Origin: Clostridia bacterium
GTDB taxonomy: Bacteria > Bacillota > Clostridia > Christensenellales > Borkfalkiaceae
Reading direction: 5' to 3'
Assembly (NCBI GenBank): GCA_017504165.1
Contig: JAFVRR010000002.1
Coordinates: 13,374-77,373, forward strand
Length of the DNA: 64,000 bases
Shown here: one piece after another, positions 17,363-26,473 of the stretch
Layout of the letters: each line of letters opens with the position of its first letter
Numbering within the stretch: position 1 is the first letter of the stretch
Notes under the pieces: model-generated
What the model saw: only the letters and a program-made list of their open reading frames with translations
The model's database searches: none
Told to the model about the DNA's origin: nothing
Translations under genes and position numbers: made by a program

Positions 17363-18217
17363 ATGAAAGATTTTAGTGTAGCGGTACTTAAACTTGGGAA
17401 TTTAAATATAGAAGTTCTTGATTTATATACTTTGTTTTTCCGTAAAGATTTATCACTTTTTAACCATACCCACTCATTTTACGAAATACATTTTATAATG
17501 GACGGATGGGTGGAACTTAACGTTGAAGGTAAATCTTTTAGGTTAGAGAAAAACGACGCGTTATTTTTACCTAAAAACTACGCGCATTTTAGCGATGGCA
17601 ATTCTGACGACTTTCGTGTTTTGTCCATTTGTTTTGACCTTACCTATGCGGGTAACGGCGTTGAAAAACACACTAACGAATACGGTTACTTTTTAAAACT
17701 TTTTTCAAATTTACTAGTTACACGTTTTAAATTTACTAATTACGATAAAAGTTTACTATATAATATTATAGAAAACGTTAATAAGTTTACCGTTTATAGC
17801 GTTTATAAAATTAATACCGAAGCAACTAATTTGTTTTTAGAAGTATCTAAAACTTTAAACGGCATTGCAAATAGTGAAAATATAGAAGAAACGACGTCGA
17901 TTTTCGGCGACCAAATTTCGCTTAGAAAAAACAGGGTAGACTACTATATTATAAACAATATAAACGACTGTAAAATTGAAGGATTAGCGGAATTTTTACA
18001 CCTTTCCGTAAGGCAGACTTCTAGATTTTTGAAAAAGAGTTTTTTAAAGACGTTTAAAGAAATTTTAAAGGAAAAAAGGTTGCGCTATGCCGAACCGCTA
18101 ATTTATGAAAATAAATATACTTTAAAGGAAATTTCAGTAAAAGCAGGCTTTAAAAGTTATAAAGATTTTTTAATTTCTTACGAAGAATATTACGGTAAGC
18201 CACCAAAAGTAAATTAA
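17363..18217 (+). CDS. AraC-family transcriptional regulator (cupin N-domain plus HTH)
   Basis: The C-terminal AraC HTH is visible (LAEFLHLSVRQTSRFLKK ... ISVKAGFKSYKDF). The N-terminus looks cupin-like. Confidence 0.8.
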   Translation: MKDFSVAVLKLGNLNIEVLDLYTLFFRKDLSLFNHTHSFYEIHFIMDGWVELNVEGKSFRLEKNDALFLPKNYAHFSDGNSDDFRVLSICFDLTYAGNGVEKHTNEYGYFLKLFSNLLVTRFKFTNYDKSLLYNIIENVNKFTVYSVYKINTEATNLFLEVSKTLNGIANSENIEETTSIFGDQISLRKNRVDYYIINNINDCKIEGLAEFLHLSVRQTSRFLKKSFLKTFKEILKEKRLRYAEPLIYENKYTLKEISVKAGFKSYKDFLISYEEYYGKPPKVN

Positions 18218-18221
18218 ATAA

Positions 18222-18255
18222 AAAAAGAGTTTGCTAAAATTAGCAAACTCTTTTT
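18222..18255. terminator. Bidirectional intrinsic terminator
   Basis: AAAAAGAGTTTGCTA pairs with TAGCAAACTCTTTTT. Confidence 0.75.
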
Positions 18256-19963
18256 AGTTTAAAATTTTGTCGTTATGTGGGTTTGGCGTTACGATAATTG
18301 TAGAATAATCGGTGTAAATAACCGAGCCAGGGCGCGATTTTGGCGGTTTTTTAACGAATTTTCTAAGCGTATAGTCAACTGCAATTTTGTCGCCGTTTTT
18401 CGCTTCCGACCTATAAGCGCAAATTTCCGCAGACGTCAAAATTACGCTATCGGGCAGGGGTTTATTTTCCGCTTTAATTATAACGAAAGAAGAGTGATAA
18501 TCTTTAACGTGTAGCCAAGTATCGGTTCTAGACGCTTCGTCTAAAAGGGCTTCGTTTTGCAAGTTGTTTTTGCCTACTTTTACCGTAAAACCTTCAATAT
18601 TATAAGTTAAACAGTTGGCGGTTGGGCTAATTTTTTTAGACTGCTTAGTTTTATAATTATCGGTGTTTTTTATAACGTTTTGAAGTTTTAGTTCACGCTC
18701 TATTTCTTCAAGTTCTAAAATGCTTTCCGAAGAATTAACGGTATATTCGATTAGTTTAGCGTATTCTAATTCGCTTTCCGTTTCCTTTAGTTGCTCGCTA
18801 GTTATTTCTAGCGATTTTTTAAGTTTATTATACTTTTTAAAGTACTTTTCGGCGTTAACTTTAGGGTATAAGTCTTTATCTAGCGGAATTTTAATTTTTT
18901 CGTAATTTTCGCTGTAATAGTTTTCAACTTCGGCAAAAGTTTGCCCCTTTTCAAGCCTATATAGGTTAGATATTATAAGTTCGCCGTAAAGCCTATATTT
19001 TTCGTAATTATTCGCCTCTGATAAACGGCTAGATAGAACGGCTAATTTCTTTTCTTCTTTCTTTTTAAAGTTGTAAATTTTAGAAATTAAAGTGTTTTTA
19101 TAGCCTTGAAGTTTAGTAGCCGTTTCGCTTGCCGTATAAAAGATTTCTTCCGCTATTAAAAAGTCGTCGTAATACTCTCTTACCCCTTCTAAATGCTCGT
19201 AATTAAATGGTAAAACGTCGCAGTATTCGTCGCTTTTTATAATGACGGGGGAGAGTGGTTTTTCTAAAAACTCTCTCATAGTTTCATAGGCTAAAACTGC
19301 GCTATAGCCTTGTTTTTCACACTTTTTGTTTATTAAATAGGCAATTTCTTCCGCCGTTACAGGCGCAAAACCTAAAAAGTTATTCAGTATAAAATTAGAA
19401 GTTATTTGGTAGTTTACAGAAGATAAAATTTTAATCGAATTTTCCTTATTAAAAGGGTCGGTTTTATCTTGCGCTAGGGGGAATAAATACTTTGCGCCAG
19501 ATAGCAGTATTCTACCTTTTTCGTAGTTTTGTGAAGAGTTTTTTAGCGCGCCTAAAAGTATTCCGTCCGACGTTAAAAACACGTTTGAGTACTTGCCCAT
19601 TATCTCTACGTTAAGGGAATAATTTTTAAACTCTTTAAAATCGTTTTCGTTAGTAAAGTCTATAGTTAGAATTCTATCTACGTCGTTAATTTTGACCCCC
19701 GTTATAGTACCGCTAGTTAAATACTTTCTAAGTAGCATGCAAAAGTTGGGTGCGGTAAGCGGGGCTTTATAGTTTTGCGTGGTAAGAGAAACCCTAGCAA
19801 ACTTTGCTTGGGTAGAGATAACTACGTTAAAAGCCTTTTTGTTGTATAACGTAAAAACTAGTTCGTCACTAGTTGGCTCTATTATTTTATTGACTTTTGC
19901 GCCCGTAAAAAGTTCGCTATATAAATTAGCGGTTCTTTTTAAAGTAAATAGGTCCTTTGGCAC
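18254..19963 (-). CDS. rqcH: Ribosome quality-control protein RqcH (NFACT / FbpA family)
   Basis: NFACT-N features are present (NFCMLLRKYL, VDRIL, VEIMGKYSNVFLT). A coiled coil is followed by the C-terminal GKNNLQNE, WLHVKDYHSS and VDYT..KFVKKP motifs. Confidence 0.85.
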   Translation of the reverse strand: MPKDLFTLKRTANLYSELFTGAKVNKIIEPTSDELVFTLYNKKAFNVVISTQAKFARVSLTTQNYKAPLTAPNFCMLLRKYLTSGTITGVKINDVDRILTIDFTNENDFKEFKNYSLNVEIMGKYSNVFLTSDGILLGALKNSSQNYEKGRILLSGAKYLFPLAQDKTDPFNKENSIKILSSVNYQITSNFILNNFLGFAPVTAEEIAYLINKKCEKQGYSAVLAYETMREFLEKPLSPVIIKSDEYCDVLPFNYEHLEGVREYYDDFLIAEEIFYTASETATKLQGYKNTLISKIYNFKKKEEKKLAVLSSRLSEANNYEKYRLYGELIISNLYRLEKGQTFAEVENYYSENYEKIKIPLDKDLYPKVNAEKYFKKYNKLKKSLEITSEQLKETESELEYAKLIEYTVNSSESILELEEIERELKLQNVIKNTDNYKTKQSKKISPTANCLTYNIEGFTVKVGKNNLQNEALLDEASRTDTWLHVKDYHSSFVIIKAENKPLPDSVILTSAEICAYRSEAKNGDKIAVDYTLRKFVKKPPKSRPGSVIYTDYSTIIVTPNPHNDKILN

Positions 19964-20119
19964 TTATCTTCGCTCCCTATGCTAAATTATACATATATTA
20001 TATATTTTTATTATAATTTTGTAAATTAAAATTACAAAAGTATGTGTAAAACCTTTACTTTAATTCAAAAATTTGATAAAATACATTAAAATGTAAATGT
20101 TAAAGGAGACTTTTTTAAT

Positions 20120-21406
20120 ATGAAGTACACGTTTGAAGCCGGCAAGAAAAGCACGGTAAGAATTAAAATCACTCTCAACGCTAGCGAATGGGCTGAAGCG
20201 CAAACTGCAGCGTACAACAAAACTAAAGGTAGATTTTCTATCCCAGGTTTCAGAAAGGGCAAAGCGCCAAAACACATTATTGAACAAATGTATGGTCAAG
20301 GCGTATTCTTTGAAGAGGCAATCAACACCGCTTTCCCAAAATATTACAATGATATTTTAGACAAAGAACCAACTATCGAAGCCATTGATAGACCAGAACT
20401 TGAAATTGACAAACTTTCTGAAAAGGGCATTACTTTAATTGCAATCGTTCCTGTTAAACCAGAAGTAAAACTTGGCGAATATAAGGGTATAAAGTTTGAT
20501 AAAATTGAGTATAATGTAACTGATAAAGATATCGACGCTGAACTTGACCGTTTAGTTAAGAGAAATTCTAGAGAAGTTGCAGTTACTGATAGACCCGCTC
20601 AAAAGGGCGATATCACTATTATCGACTATTCTGGTAGCGTAGACGGCGTTAAGTTCAACGGCGGTACTGCTGAAAAACAAACTTTAGAACTTGGCTCTGG
20701 TCAATTCATTCCTGGCTTTGAAGAACAAGTTGAAGGTATGAATATCGGCGACGAAAAGGATATTAACGTTAAATTCCCTGAAGAATATCACGCAGAAGAA
20801 CTTAAAGGTAAAGACGCTGTATTTGCCGTTAAACTTCACGAAATTAAAGTTAAAGAATTCCCAGAAGTTAACGATGAATTCATTAAAGAAGCAGCAGGCT
20901 CTGAAAGCGTAGAAGCGTTCAAGGCTGAAACTAAAGCAAAACTTGAAGACGCTAACGCTAAAAAGGCTAAAAACGAAATTGAAGATAAAATTATTAAAAC
21001 TATCGCTGAAAAGAGTGAAGTTGAAATTCCTGAATCATTAGTTGAAAGACAAATTGATAACTTCGTTCAAGATATGGAATACAGAATGATGTATCAAGGC
21101 TTAAAACTTGAAGATTACCTTAAGTACACTGGTCAATCTATGGAAGAGTACAGAAAGGGCTTTACTAAACAAGCGGAAGAACAAGTTAAAGTTCAACTTG
21201 TAATTGAACAAATTATTAAAGCGGAAGAAATTAAAGCAACTGAAGAAGAAATTGACGTTAAAATTAGCGAACAAGCAGTAGCAATGGGTAAAGACGCTGA
21301 AGAATTCAAAAAGACTTTAAACGAACGTCAAATTGCATACTTTGAAAACAACGTGTTAATTGACAAAGTATTCGCTTTCTTAACTGCAAACAATATTATT
21401 GACTAA
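20120..21406 (+). CDS. tig: Trigger factor
   Basis: The GFRKGKAP ribosome-binding signature, an FKBP-like middle domain and an acidic C-terminal domain are present. Confidence 0.95.
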   Translation: MKYTFEAGKKSTVRIKITLNASEWAEAQTAAYNKTKGRFSIPGFRKGKAPKHIIEQMYGQGVFFEEAINTAFPKYYNDILDKEPTIEAIDRPELEIDKLSEKGITLIAIVPVKPEVKLGEYKGIKFDKIEYNVTDKDIDAELDRLVKRNSREVAVTDRPAQKGDITIIDYSGSVDGVKFNGGTAEKQTLELGSGQFIPGFEEQVEGMNIGDEKDINVKFPEEYHAEELKGKDAVFAVKLHEIKVKEFPEVNDEFIKEAAGSESVEAFKAETKAKLEDANAKKAKNEIEDKIIKTIAEKSEVEIPESLVERQIDNFVQDMEYRMMYQGLKLEDYLKYTGQSMEEYRKGFTKQAEEQVKVQLVIEQIIKAEEIKATEEEIDVKISEQAVAMGKDAEEFKKTLNERQIAYFENNVLIDKVFAFLTANNIID

Positions 21407-21418
21407 TAAGGAGTAATT

Positions 21419-22000
21419 ATGGCTTTAATACCAATGGTCGTAGAACAAACGAATAAAGGCGAAAGGTCTTACGATATTTATTCACGTCTTTTAGAAGATA
21501 GAATAATTATGCTTTCAGGTGAAATTGACGATAATATGGCTAATATTATCGTTGCTCAACTTATCTACCTTGAAGGTAAAGACCCCGACAAAGACATTTG
21601 TTTATACATAAATAGCCCGGGCGGTTCAGTTACCGCAGGTCTTGCTATTTACGATACGATGAATTATATTAAGTGTGACGTTTCTACCATTTGTATAGGT
21701 ATGGCTGCGTCAATGGGCGCGTTTATCTTATCAAGCGGTAAAAAGGGCAAGAGATTTTCTTTACCTAATAGCGAAATTATGATTCATCAACCACTTGGTG
21801 GGGCTCAAGGTCAAGCAAGCGATATTAAAATTCAAGCGGACCACATCTTAAAAATTAAAGATAAACTCAATAGAATTTTAGCGGAAAATACGGGCAAAGC
21901 GATTGAAGAAGTTGAAAGGGATACCGATAGGGACAATTATCTTTCAGCAGAAGATGCGCTTAGTTACGGTATTATTGATAAAATCTACAAAAACAGATAA
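21419..22000 (+). CDS. clpP: ATP-dependent Clp protease proteolytic subunit
   Basis: Typical ClpP sequences are present: [20 protein letters not shown] (active-site Ser) and IHQPLGG. Confidence 0.97.
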   Translation: MALIPMVVEQTNKGERSYDIYSRLLEDRIIMLSGEIDDNMANIIVAQLIYLEGKDPDKDICLYINSPGGSVTAGLAIYDTMNYIKCDVSTICIGMAASMGAFILSSGKKGKRFSLPNSEIMIHQPLGGAQGQASDIKIQADHILKIKDKLNRILAENTGKAIEEVERDTDRDNYLSAEDALSYGIIDKIYKNR

Positions 22001-22098
22001 GAAGGCGCAATTTAATATTTTGCCTTTGAGATAAAAAAAACAATGACGTCGCCTTTGGTGGCGTCATACTTCACTAAAACGATTTTTAAAGGAGCGTT

Positions 22099-23343
22099 AT
22101 GGCAAATAATATAGAAAACAATATAGGCGGACTTGAATGCGCTTTTTGTGGTAAACCGAAAGAGCACGCCAAACGCTTGGTGGCAGGTCCTAACGGCTTA
22201 TACATTTGTGACGAATGTTTAGAACTTTGCAATATGATTCTTGAAGAAGAATATAATGAAGAGGCTTTTGAAGAGGTAGAACTTAAAAAACCTATCGAAA
22301 TTAAAAGCGAACTCGATAAGTATATCGTAGGTCAAGATTCGGCTAAAAAAGTTTTATCCGTTGCGGTGTATAACCACTATAAGAGAATTAACAACAAATC
22401 TAAAAATAAAGAAGACGATACGGAACTAGAAAAAAGTAATATATTACTTTTAGGTCCAACTGGCTCGGGTAAAACTTTACTTGCAAGAACGCTTGCAAAG
22501 ATTTTAAACGTGCCTTTCGCCGTTGCCGATGCAACCACTTTAACAGAGGCGGGCTACGTTGGCGAAGACGTAGAGAATATTTTACTTAAACTTATCCAAA
22601 ACGCCGATTACGACGTTGCTAGGGCGGAACGCGGTATCGTGTATATTGACGAAATTGACAAAATTGCAAGAAAGGGCGAGAATATGTCAATCACTCGTGA
22701 CGTTTCGGGCGAGGGCGTACAACAAGCGCTACTTAAAATTATAGAGTCAACCGTTGCGTCAGTTCCACCACAAGGCGGAAGAAAACACCCTCAACAAGAA
22801 CTTATCCATATTGACACCACTAATATTTTATTTATTTGTGGTGGCGCTTTCGTGGGGCTTGACAAAATTATTGAAAAGCGTAAAGACAGTTCTAGTTTAG
22901 GCTTTGGCGGTAGCGTATCTACTAAAGTTGAAGAGGGTGCAAAGGCGCTTAAAGACGTTCAACCGCAAGACTTAACTAAGTACGGTTTAATTCCTGAATT
23001 CGTTGGACGTGTGCCAATTACCGTTACTTTAGAGCCACTTACCGAAACCGCGCTTGTAAAGATTATGACAGAGCCTAAAAACGCCCTTGTCAAACAGTAT
23101 AAACGCCTTATCGGTATGGACGATTGCGAACTTGAAGTTACTGAAGACGCCGTACTTGAAATTGCTAAAAAGGCAATAGCGTTAAAGACGGGCGCTAGGG
23201 GTCTAAGAACGATTTTTGAAAACATTATGCTCGACTGTATGTACGATATTCCGTCTAACGAAACTGCATCTAAAGTAATTATTGATAGCGAAGTCGTTAA
23301 AGGCAACAAAAAACCTGAAGTTATAAATAAAGAAATAGCATAA
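22099..23343 (+). CDS. clpX: ATP-dependent Clp protease ATP-binding subunit ClpX
   Basis: The N-terminal zinc-binding motif is CAFCGK...CDEC. Walker A is GPTGSGKT, and an IGF-like loop (LGFG) is present. Confidence 0.97.
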   Translation: MANNIENNIGGLECAFCGKPKEHAKRLVAGPNGLYICDECLELCNMILEEEYNEEAFEEVELKKPIEIKSELDKYIVGQDSAKKVLSVAVYNHYKRINNKSKNKEDDTELEKSNILLLGPTGSGKTLLARTLAKILNVPFAVADATTLTEAGYVGEDVENILLKLIQNADYDVARAERGIVYIDEIDKIARKGENMSITRDVSGEGVQQALLKIIESTVASVPPQGGRKHPQQELIHIDTTNILFICGGAFVGLDKIIEKRKDSSSLGFGGSVSTKVEEGAKALKDVQPQDLTKYGLIPEFVGRVPITVTLEPLTETALVKIMTEPKNALVKQYKRLIGMDDCELEVTEDAVLEIAKKAIALKTGARGLRTIFENIMLDCMYDIPSNETASKVIIDSEVVKGNKKPEVINKEIA

Positions 23344-23347
23344 ATTA

Positions 23348-23382
23348 AAAAAGACTAACGTAAATTTTTCGTTAGTCTTTTT
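23348..23382. terminator. Bidirectional intrinsic terminator after clpX
   Basis: AAAAAGACTAACG pairs with CGTTAGTCTTTTT. The 3' arm overlaps the last codons of the convergent gene. Confidence 0.7.
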
Positions 23383-23881
23383 GCTTGTATAAGTTTATTA
23401 TTTGTTTTTTCTTCTTAACTGCATATTCGTAAGCAAGTTTTGTACCGCTAGTTGTTGAAAAATTAAAAATAGTATTTGGCTTTATTCGTTTTTTTTGTGT
23501 GGGAACGTAGTTCTCATTATAATAAAATATACAACAGATAGAATTATCTATAATCTCGTAATTTCTTTCAACGTATGATAATTTGCCAGCGTTTTCTAAT
23601 TTTTGAGGGAAATACGTTTTTTCGTAAAATTGAAGTAAATAGTTTTCATAAGATTTATCAATATATTGATAACTCGACCGTACGTAAACCCTATTTATAA
23701 ATGGGTATTTTTCTTTAAGTTTCGTTACAATTTCCCAAGATAAATCGATAAATGCGCTATTACTACCAAATAAAAAGGTAGTATACCCTTTATTTATTAA
23801 TAGTTCAATAATTTCAGTTAACGATTTTGCTAGTTCTTCCGTTTTTTCAATAGTTCTATGCCCTAAAAAACATACTTTCAT
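23372..23881 (-). CDS. SLOG-superfamily protein (DUF1273 / YpsA-like)
   Basis: The N-terminus MKVCFLGHR is followed by a Rossmann-like GYTTFLFGSNSAFD segment. The size is about 170 aa. Assignment is by resemblance only. Confidence 0.45.
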   Translation of the reverse strand: MKVCFLGHRTIEKTEELAKSLTEIIELLINKGYTTFLFGSNSAFIDLSWEIVTKLKEKYPFINRVYVRSSYQYIDKSYENYLLQFYEKTYFPQKLENAGKLSYVERNYEIIDNSICCIFYYNENYVPTQKKRIKPNTIFNFSTTSGTKLAYEYAVKKKKQIINLYKQKD

Positions 23882-23895
23882 ATTTAAAACTCAAT

Positions 23896-24022
23896 TCGTG
23901 GAATTCCGTAAAATATTATAGCACGATATTTTAAATAAGTCAATATCGTGGAACTCCACGAGATAAATTATTTTATAATTCATATAATAATTTCGTGAAA
24001 TTCCAATAAGGAATTCCACGAA
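23896..24022. promoter_or_regulatory. Array of four palindromic operator-like sites (TCGTGGAAYTCCACGA family) in a divergent promoter region
   Basis: Sites lie at 23896-23909, 23946-23961, 23993-24005 and 24010-24021. The last two form a 13-bp inverted repeat with a 5-nt spacer (23992-24022). Confidence 0.6.
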
Positions 24023-24031
24023 GGTGAGTGT

Positions 24032-24265
24032 ATGAATATCAATGACGCTATAATTAAAAGAATTGAAGAAATTTGTAAAGAAAAGAATATTAACGTATGT
24101 GAAGCATCTTTAAACGGTGGTAAATCGCCATCTGCAATTTATGATTTAATAAAAGGTAGAACTAAATGTTCTAAAGTGTCCACAATCAAGTCGTTTTGTC
24201 AAGGCGCGGGTATTACTTTATCAGAGTTTTTTGATAAAGACTATTTTAATGATTTTGAAGATTAA
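24032..24265 (+). CDS. Small XRE/Cro-type helix-turn-helix regulator
   Basis: The 77-aa product has an AGGTGA RBS. It has the composition of an HTH_3-type protein and ends in an acidic tail. Confidence 0.6.
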   Translation: MNINDAIIKRIEEICKEKNINVCEASLNGGKSPSAIYDLIKGRTKCSKVSTIKSFCQGAGITLSEFFDKDYFNDFED

Positions 24266-24300
24266 AAAAAGTTTCGGTTTTAACCGAAACTTTTATTTTT
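24264..24300. terminator. Bidirectional intrinsic terminator
   Basis: AAAAGTTTCGGTT pairs with AACCGAAACTTTT. Confidence 0.7.
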
Positions 24301-24309
24301 TATATTAAA

Positions 24310-24678
24310 TTACGCTTTCCAAACGCCGTGTTTGTTGCAGAATTCGTAAGCACCAAGTACTTCTTCGCCGTCAAGTAAACTAAAAATAGCAACGGGCGCG
24401 TCGGTATAGTTAAGATTTTTAACCTTAAAGCCTTCGCTAGTTTCTAAAACAATCCATTTAATATAATGGTCTTCTTGCATTGGGTGAGTAACCGAGCCTA
24501 CCGATACTTTTACAAGTAAATCGTTAACTTCAATAACGGGAAGGTGTTTTTCTTGAGCCGCGTCAACGGTGTTTGGCGCAATTTCTTTCATTTTTTCGCC
24601 ACAGCACATAACTGGAACGCCGTTATTTTCTAAATAAGTAATAATGTTGCCACAATGTGAGCATTGATATAATTTCAT
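24310..24678 (-). CDS. dfx: Desulfoferrodoxin (2Fe superoxide reductase)
   Basis: The N-terminal desulforedoxin motif is CSHCGN...CCGEKM. C-terminal neelaredoxin ligands are present (HLPV, HPMQEDHYI, CNKHG). Confidence 0.9.
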   Translation of the reverse strand: MKLYQCSHCGNIITYLENNGVPVMCCGEKMKEIAPNTVDAAQEKHLPVIEVNDLLVKVSVGSVTHPMQEDHYIKWIVLETSEGFKVKNLNYTDAPVAIFSLLDGEEVLGAYEFCNKHGVWKA

Positions 24679-24696
24679 AATATTTCTCCTTTATAT

Positions 24697-25497
24697 TTAA
24701 ATTTTTAATTCAAAATCGCTTTTGGGGTGTTTGCAAAGCGGACATACCCAGTCTGAAGGTAATTCGTCAAACGGAACTTTTTCTTTACTTTCGTCATATT
24801 CGTATCCGCAAATAGAGCAAACGTAAACTTTAGCCTTTTTAACTTCTTCCGCCTTTTTAGTTTGTTTAAATTCCGACTTAGACGCACCGCAAAGAGGGCA
24901 GGTCCAGTCTTCATTTAAACTGTCAAAAGGAACTTTTTCCTTACCGTCTTCATATTCGTAACCACAAAGTTGACAAGTGTAAACGTTTCCGTTATTTTCC
25001 ACCTTTGGTTGAGGCTTTGGTTTAATATTTTTAAAGTAATAAGCGTAGGTTGCAGACGGTACGTCTGATAAAATTTTGGCTTCAGTGACGCTTGCAATAA
25101 TTAAAGTATGCGTGCCAAGGTCTAAGGTCGTATCAACTGCGCAAGAAATAAAGGCGTTTGCCATATCGCTACCGATATATTTTAAACCGTTTGAAGATGT
25201 TGGGGCAACGTAGCCGTCAAACTTGTCAACGTCTTTCCCGCTTTGAAAACCAAATCTTTTAAAGATATCAAAATTTGCCTTTTCAGAAAGAATTGAAATG
25301 TTAAACGCTTTGCTTTCAAGTATCATACCTAAAGTGTAGTTGTTTTTGTTTACCGCAATAGATATTTTATACGGCTCGCTAGTAACTTGGATTGCGGTGT
25401 TTATAATGCAACCGCTATCTTTAAAAGTTTTTGCTGTAAGCACGAATAAACCGTATGAAAATTTTTGGGTAGATTTACTATCGATTAAATTTTCCAT
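24697..25497 (-). CDS. Flavin-reductase-like domain fused to two tandem rubredoxin domains (high-molecular-weight rubredoxin type)
   Basis: The N-terminal ~165 aa look like an FMN-binding split barrel. Two CxxC...CPLC modules follow (YTCQLCGYEYED..WTCPLCG and YVCSICGYEYDE..WVCPLCK). Confidence 0.8.
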   Translation of the reverse strand: MENLIDSKSTQKFSYGLFVLTAKTFKDSGCIINTAIQVTSEPYKISIAVNKNNYTLGMILESKAFNISILSEKANFDIFKRFGFQSGKDVDKFDGYVAPTSSNGLKYIGSDMANAFISCAVDTTLDLGTHTLIIASVTEAKILSDVPSATYAYYFKNIKPKPQPKVENNGNVYTCQLCGYEYEDGKEKVPFDSLNEDWTCPLCGASKSEFKQTKKAEEVKKAKVYVCSICGYEYDESKEKVPFDELPSDWVCPLCKHPKSDFELKI

Positions 25498-25573
25498 AAT
25501 TATCTCCTTAGATAAATTGTATCACATATTTTATGTAAATTTTGTTGTTTTTGCAACAAAAATAGTACAAATT

Positions 25574-26380
25574 TTAAATTTCTTTAAACATTTCTATTTT
25601 GCTTTTTTTAAGCACGAAGTTTATTATTTTAGGTGCTAGGCGTGGGAAAAACTTATATAAAAAGTTCATCATATGCGCATCAAAGCCTATAATAATTCTC
25701 TTTTTATTTTTAATGGATTTTTTAATAATTTTTTTAGCGACTTTTTCGCTATTTGATGAAATTTTATCAATTAGTTTAAGTTCCTTTTCGCTTGCAGTTT
25801 GGTTGCGCATAATATCCGTTTTTGTAAAGCCGGGCATAACCGTTACGACGGTTGCGTCCTTTTCTTCAAAAGATAGACAAGTTGAAAACCTTTCAGACGC
25901 TACTTTACTAACCGAGTATGCGCTTACGTTAGAAAACGGGCATAGGGCGGAAGAACTTGTAATATTTATCATTAAACCTTTATTTTTTCTAATATTTGGC
26001 AAAATATATTTAGCCGAATAAATTATAGAATTAAAGTTGACGGATAGGGCGTTAAAGACTTCTTCTTCGCCACCATTACTAAATGGCAAAAACTTAGGTA
26101 AATAGCCCGCAGAGTTAATAATTGCATAGACTTCAATGCCGTTATTAATAACGTAGTTATTAAGGTATTGCCAATCGCTTTTTTTAGAAACGTCTAACGC
26201 TAGGGGTGTAAAACGGTCTAAAAAATTAGTAAACACACCTTTAATTTTGCTTTCGGTTTTGCTAATGCCTATAATTTTAACGGTGTAATTATCAAGTAAA
26301 TATTTGCATATTTCATAGCCTATTCCCGACGATGCGCCCGTTACTATTATAGTCTTATCGTTTAAGTTTTTCTTTTTCAT
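25574..26380 (-). CDS. Short-chain dehydrogenase/reductase
   Basis: It has the TGASSGIG cofactor motif and a YSVSK catalytic motif. Confidence 0.85.
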   Translation of the reverse strand: MKKKNLNDKTIIVTGASSGIGYEICKYLLDNYTVKIIGISKTESKIKGVFTNFLDRFTPLALDVSKKSDWQYLNNYVINNGIEVYAIINSAGYLPKFLPFSNGGEEEVFNALSVNFNSIIYSAKYILPNIRKNKGLMINITSSSALCPFSNVSAYSVSKVASERFSTCLSFEEKDATVVTVMPGFTKTDIMRNQTASEKELKLIDKISSNSEKVAKKIIKKSIKNKKRIIIGFDAHMMNFLYKFFPRLAPKIINFVLKKSKIEMFKEI

Positions 26381-26413
26381 AGTAATATTGTAGCATACTT
26401 ATATAAAAAATGC

Positions 26414-26442
26414 TTGATAATTTATAAAAAATATATTAAAAT
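26414..26442 (+). promoter_or_regulatory. Putative sigma-A promoter of lon
   Basis: -35 TTGATA, a 17-nt spacer and -10 TAAAAT. No CIRCE or CtsR box is visible. Confidence 0.4.
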
Positions 26443-26473
26443 AATTAAACTAATATGTTAAGGACGTGATTAA

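Noticed and set aside
22043-22067. The hairpin ATGACGTCGCC-TTTG-GGTGGCGTCAT between clpP and clpX, as a possible terminator.
   Set aside because: No U-run follows it. It may be a processing or stability element, but I cannot support a terminator call.
25599-26021. A 140-aa plus-strand ORF. The same applies to similar antisense ORFs at 2764-3000, 3650-3853, 22959-23309, 28000-28281, 40794-41123, 45199-45528 and 62186-62506.
   Set aside because: Each lies inside, and antisense to, a strongly supported conserved gene, and none shows a recognisable motif.
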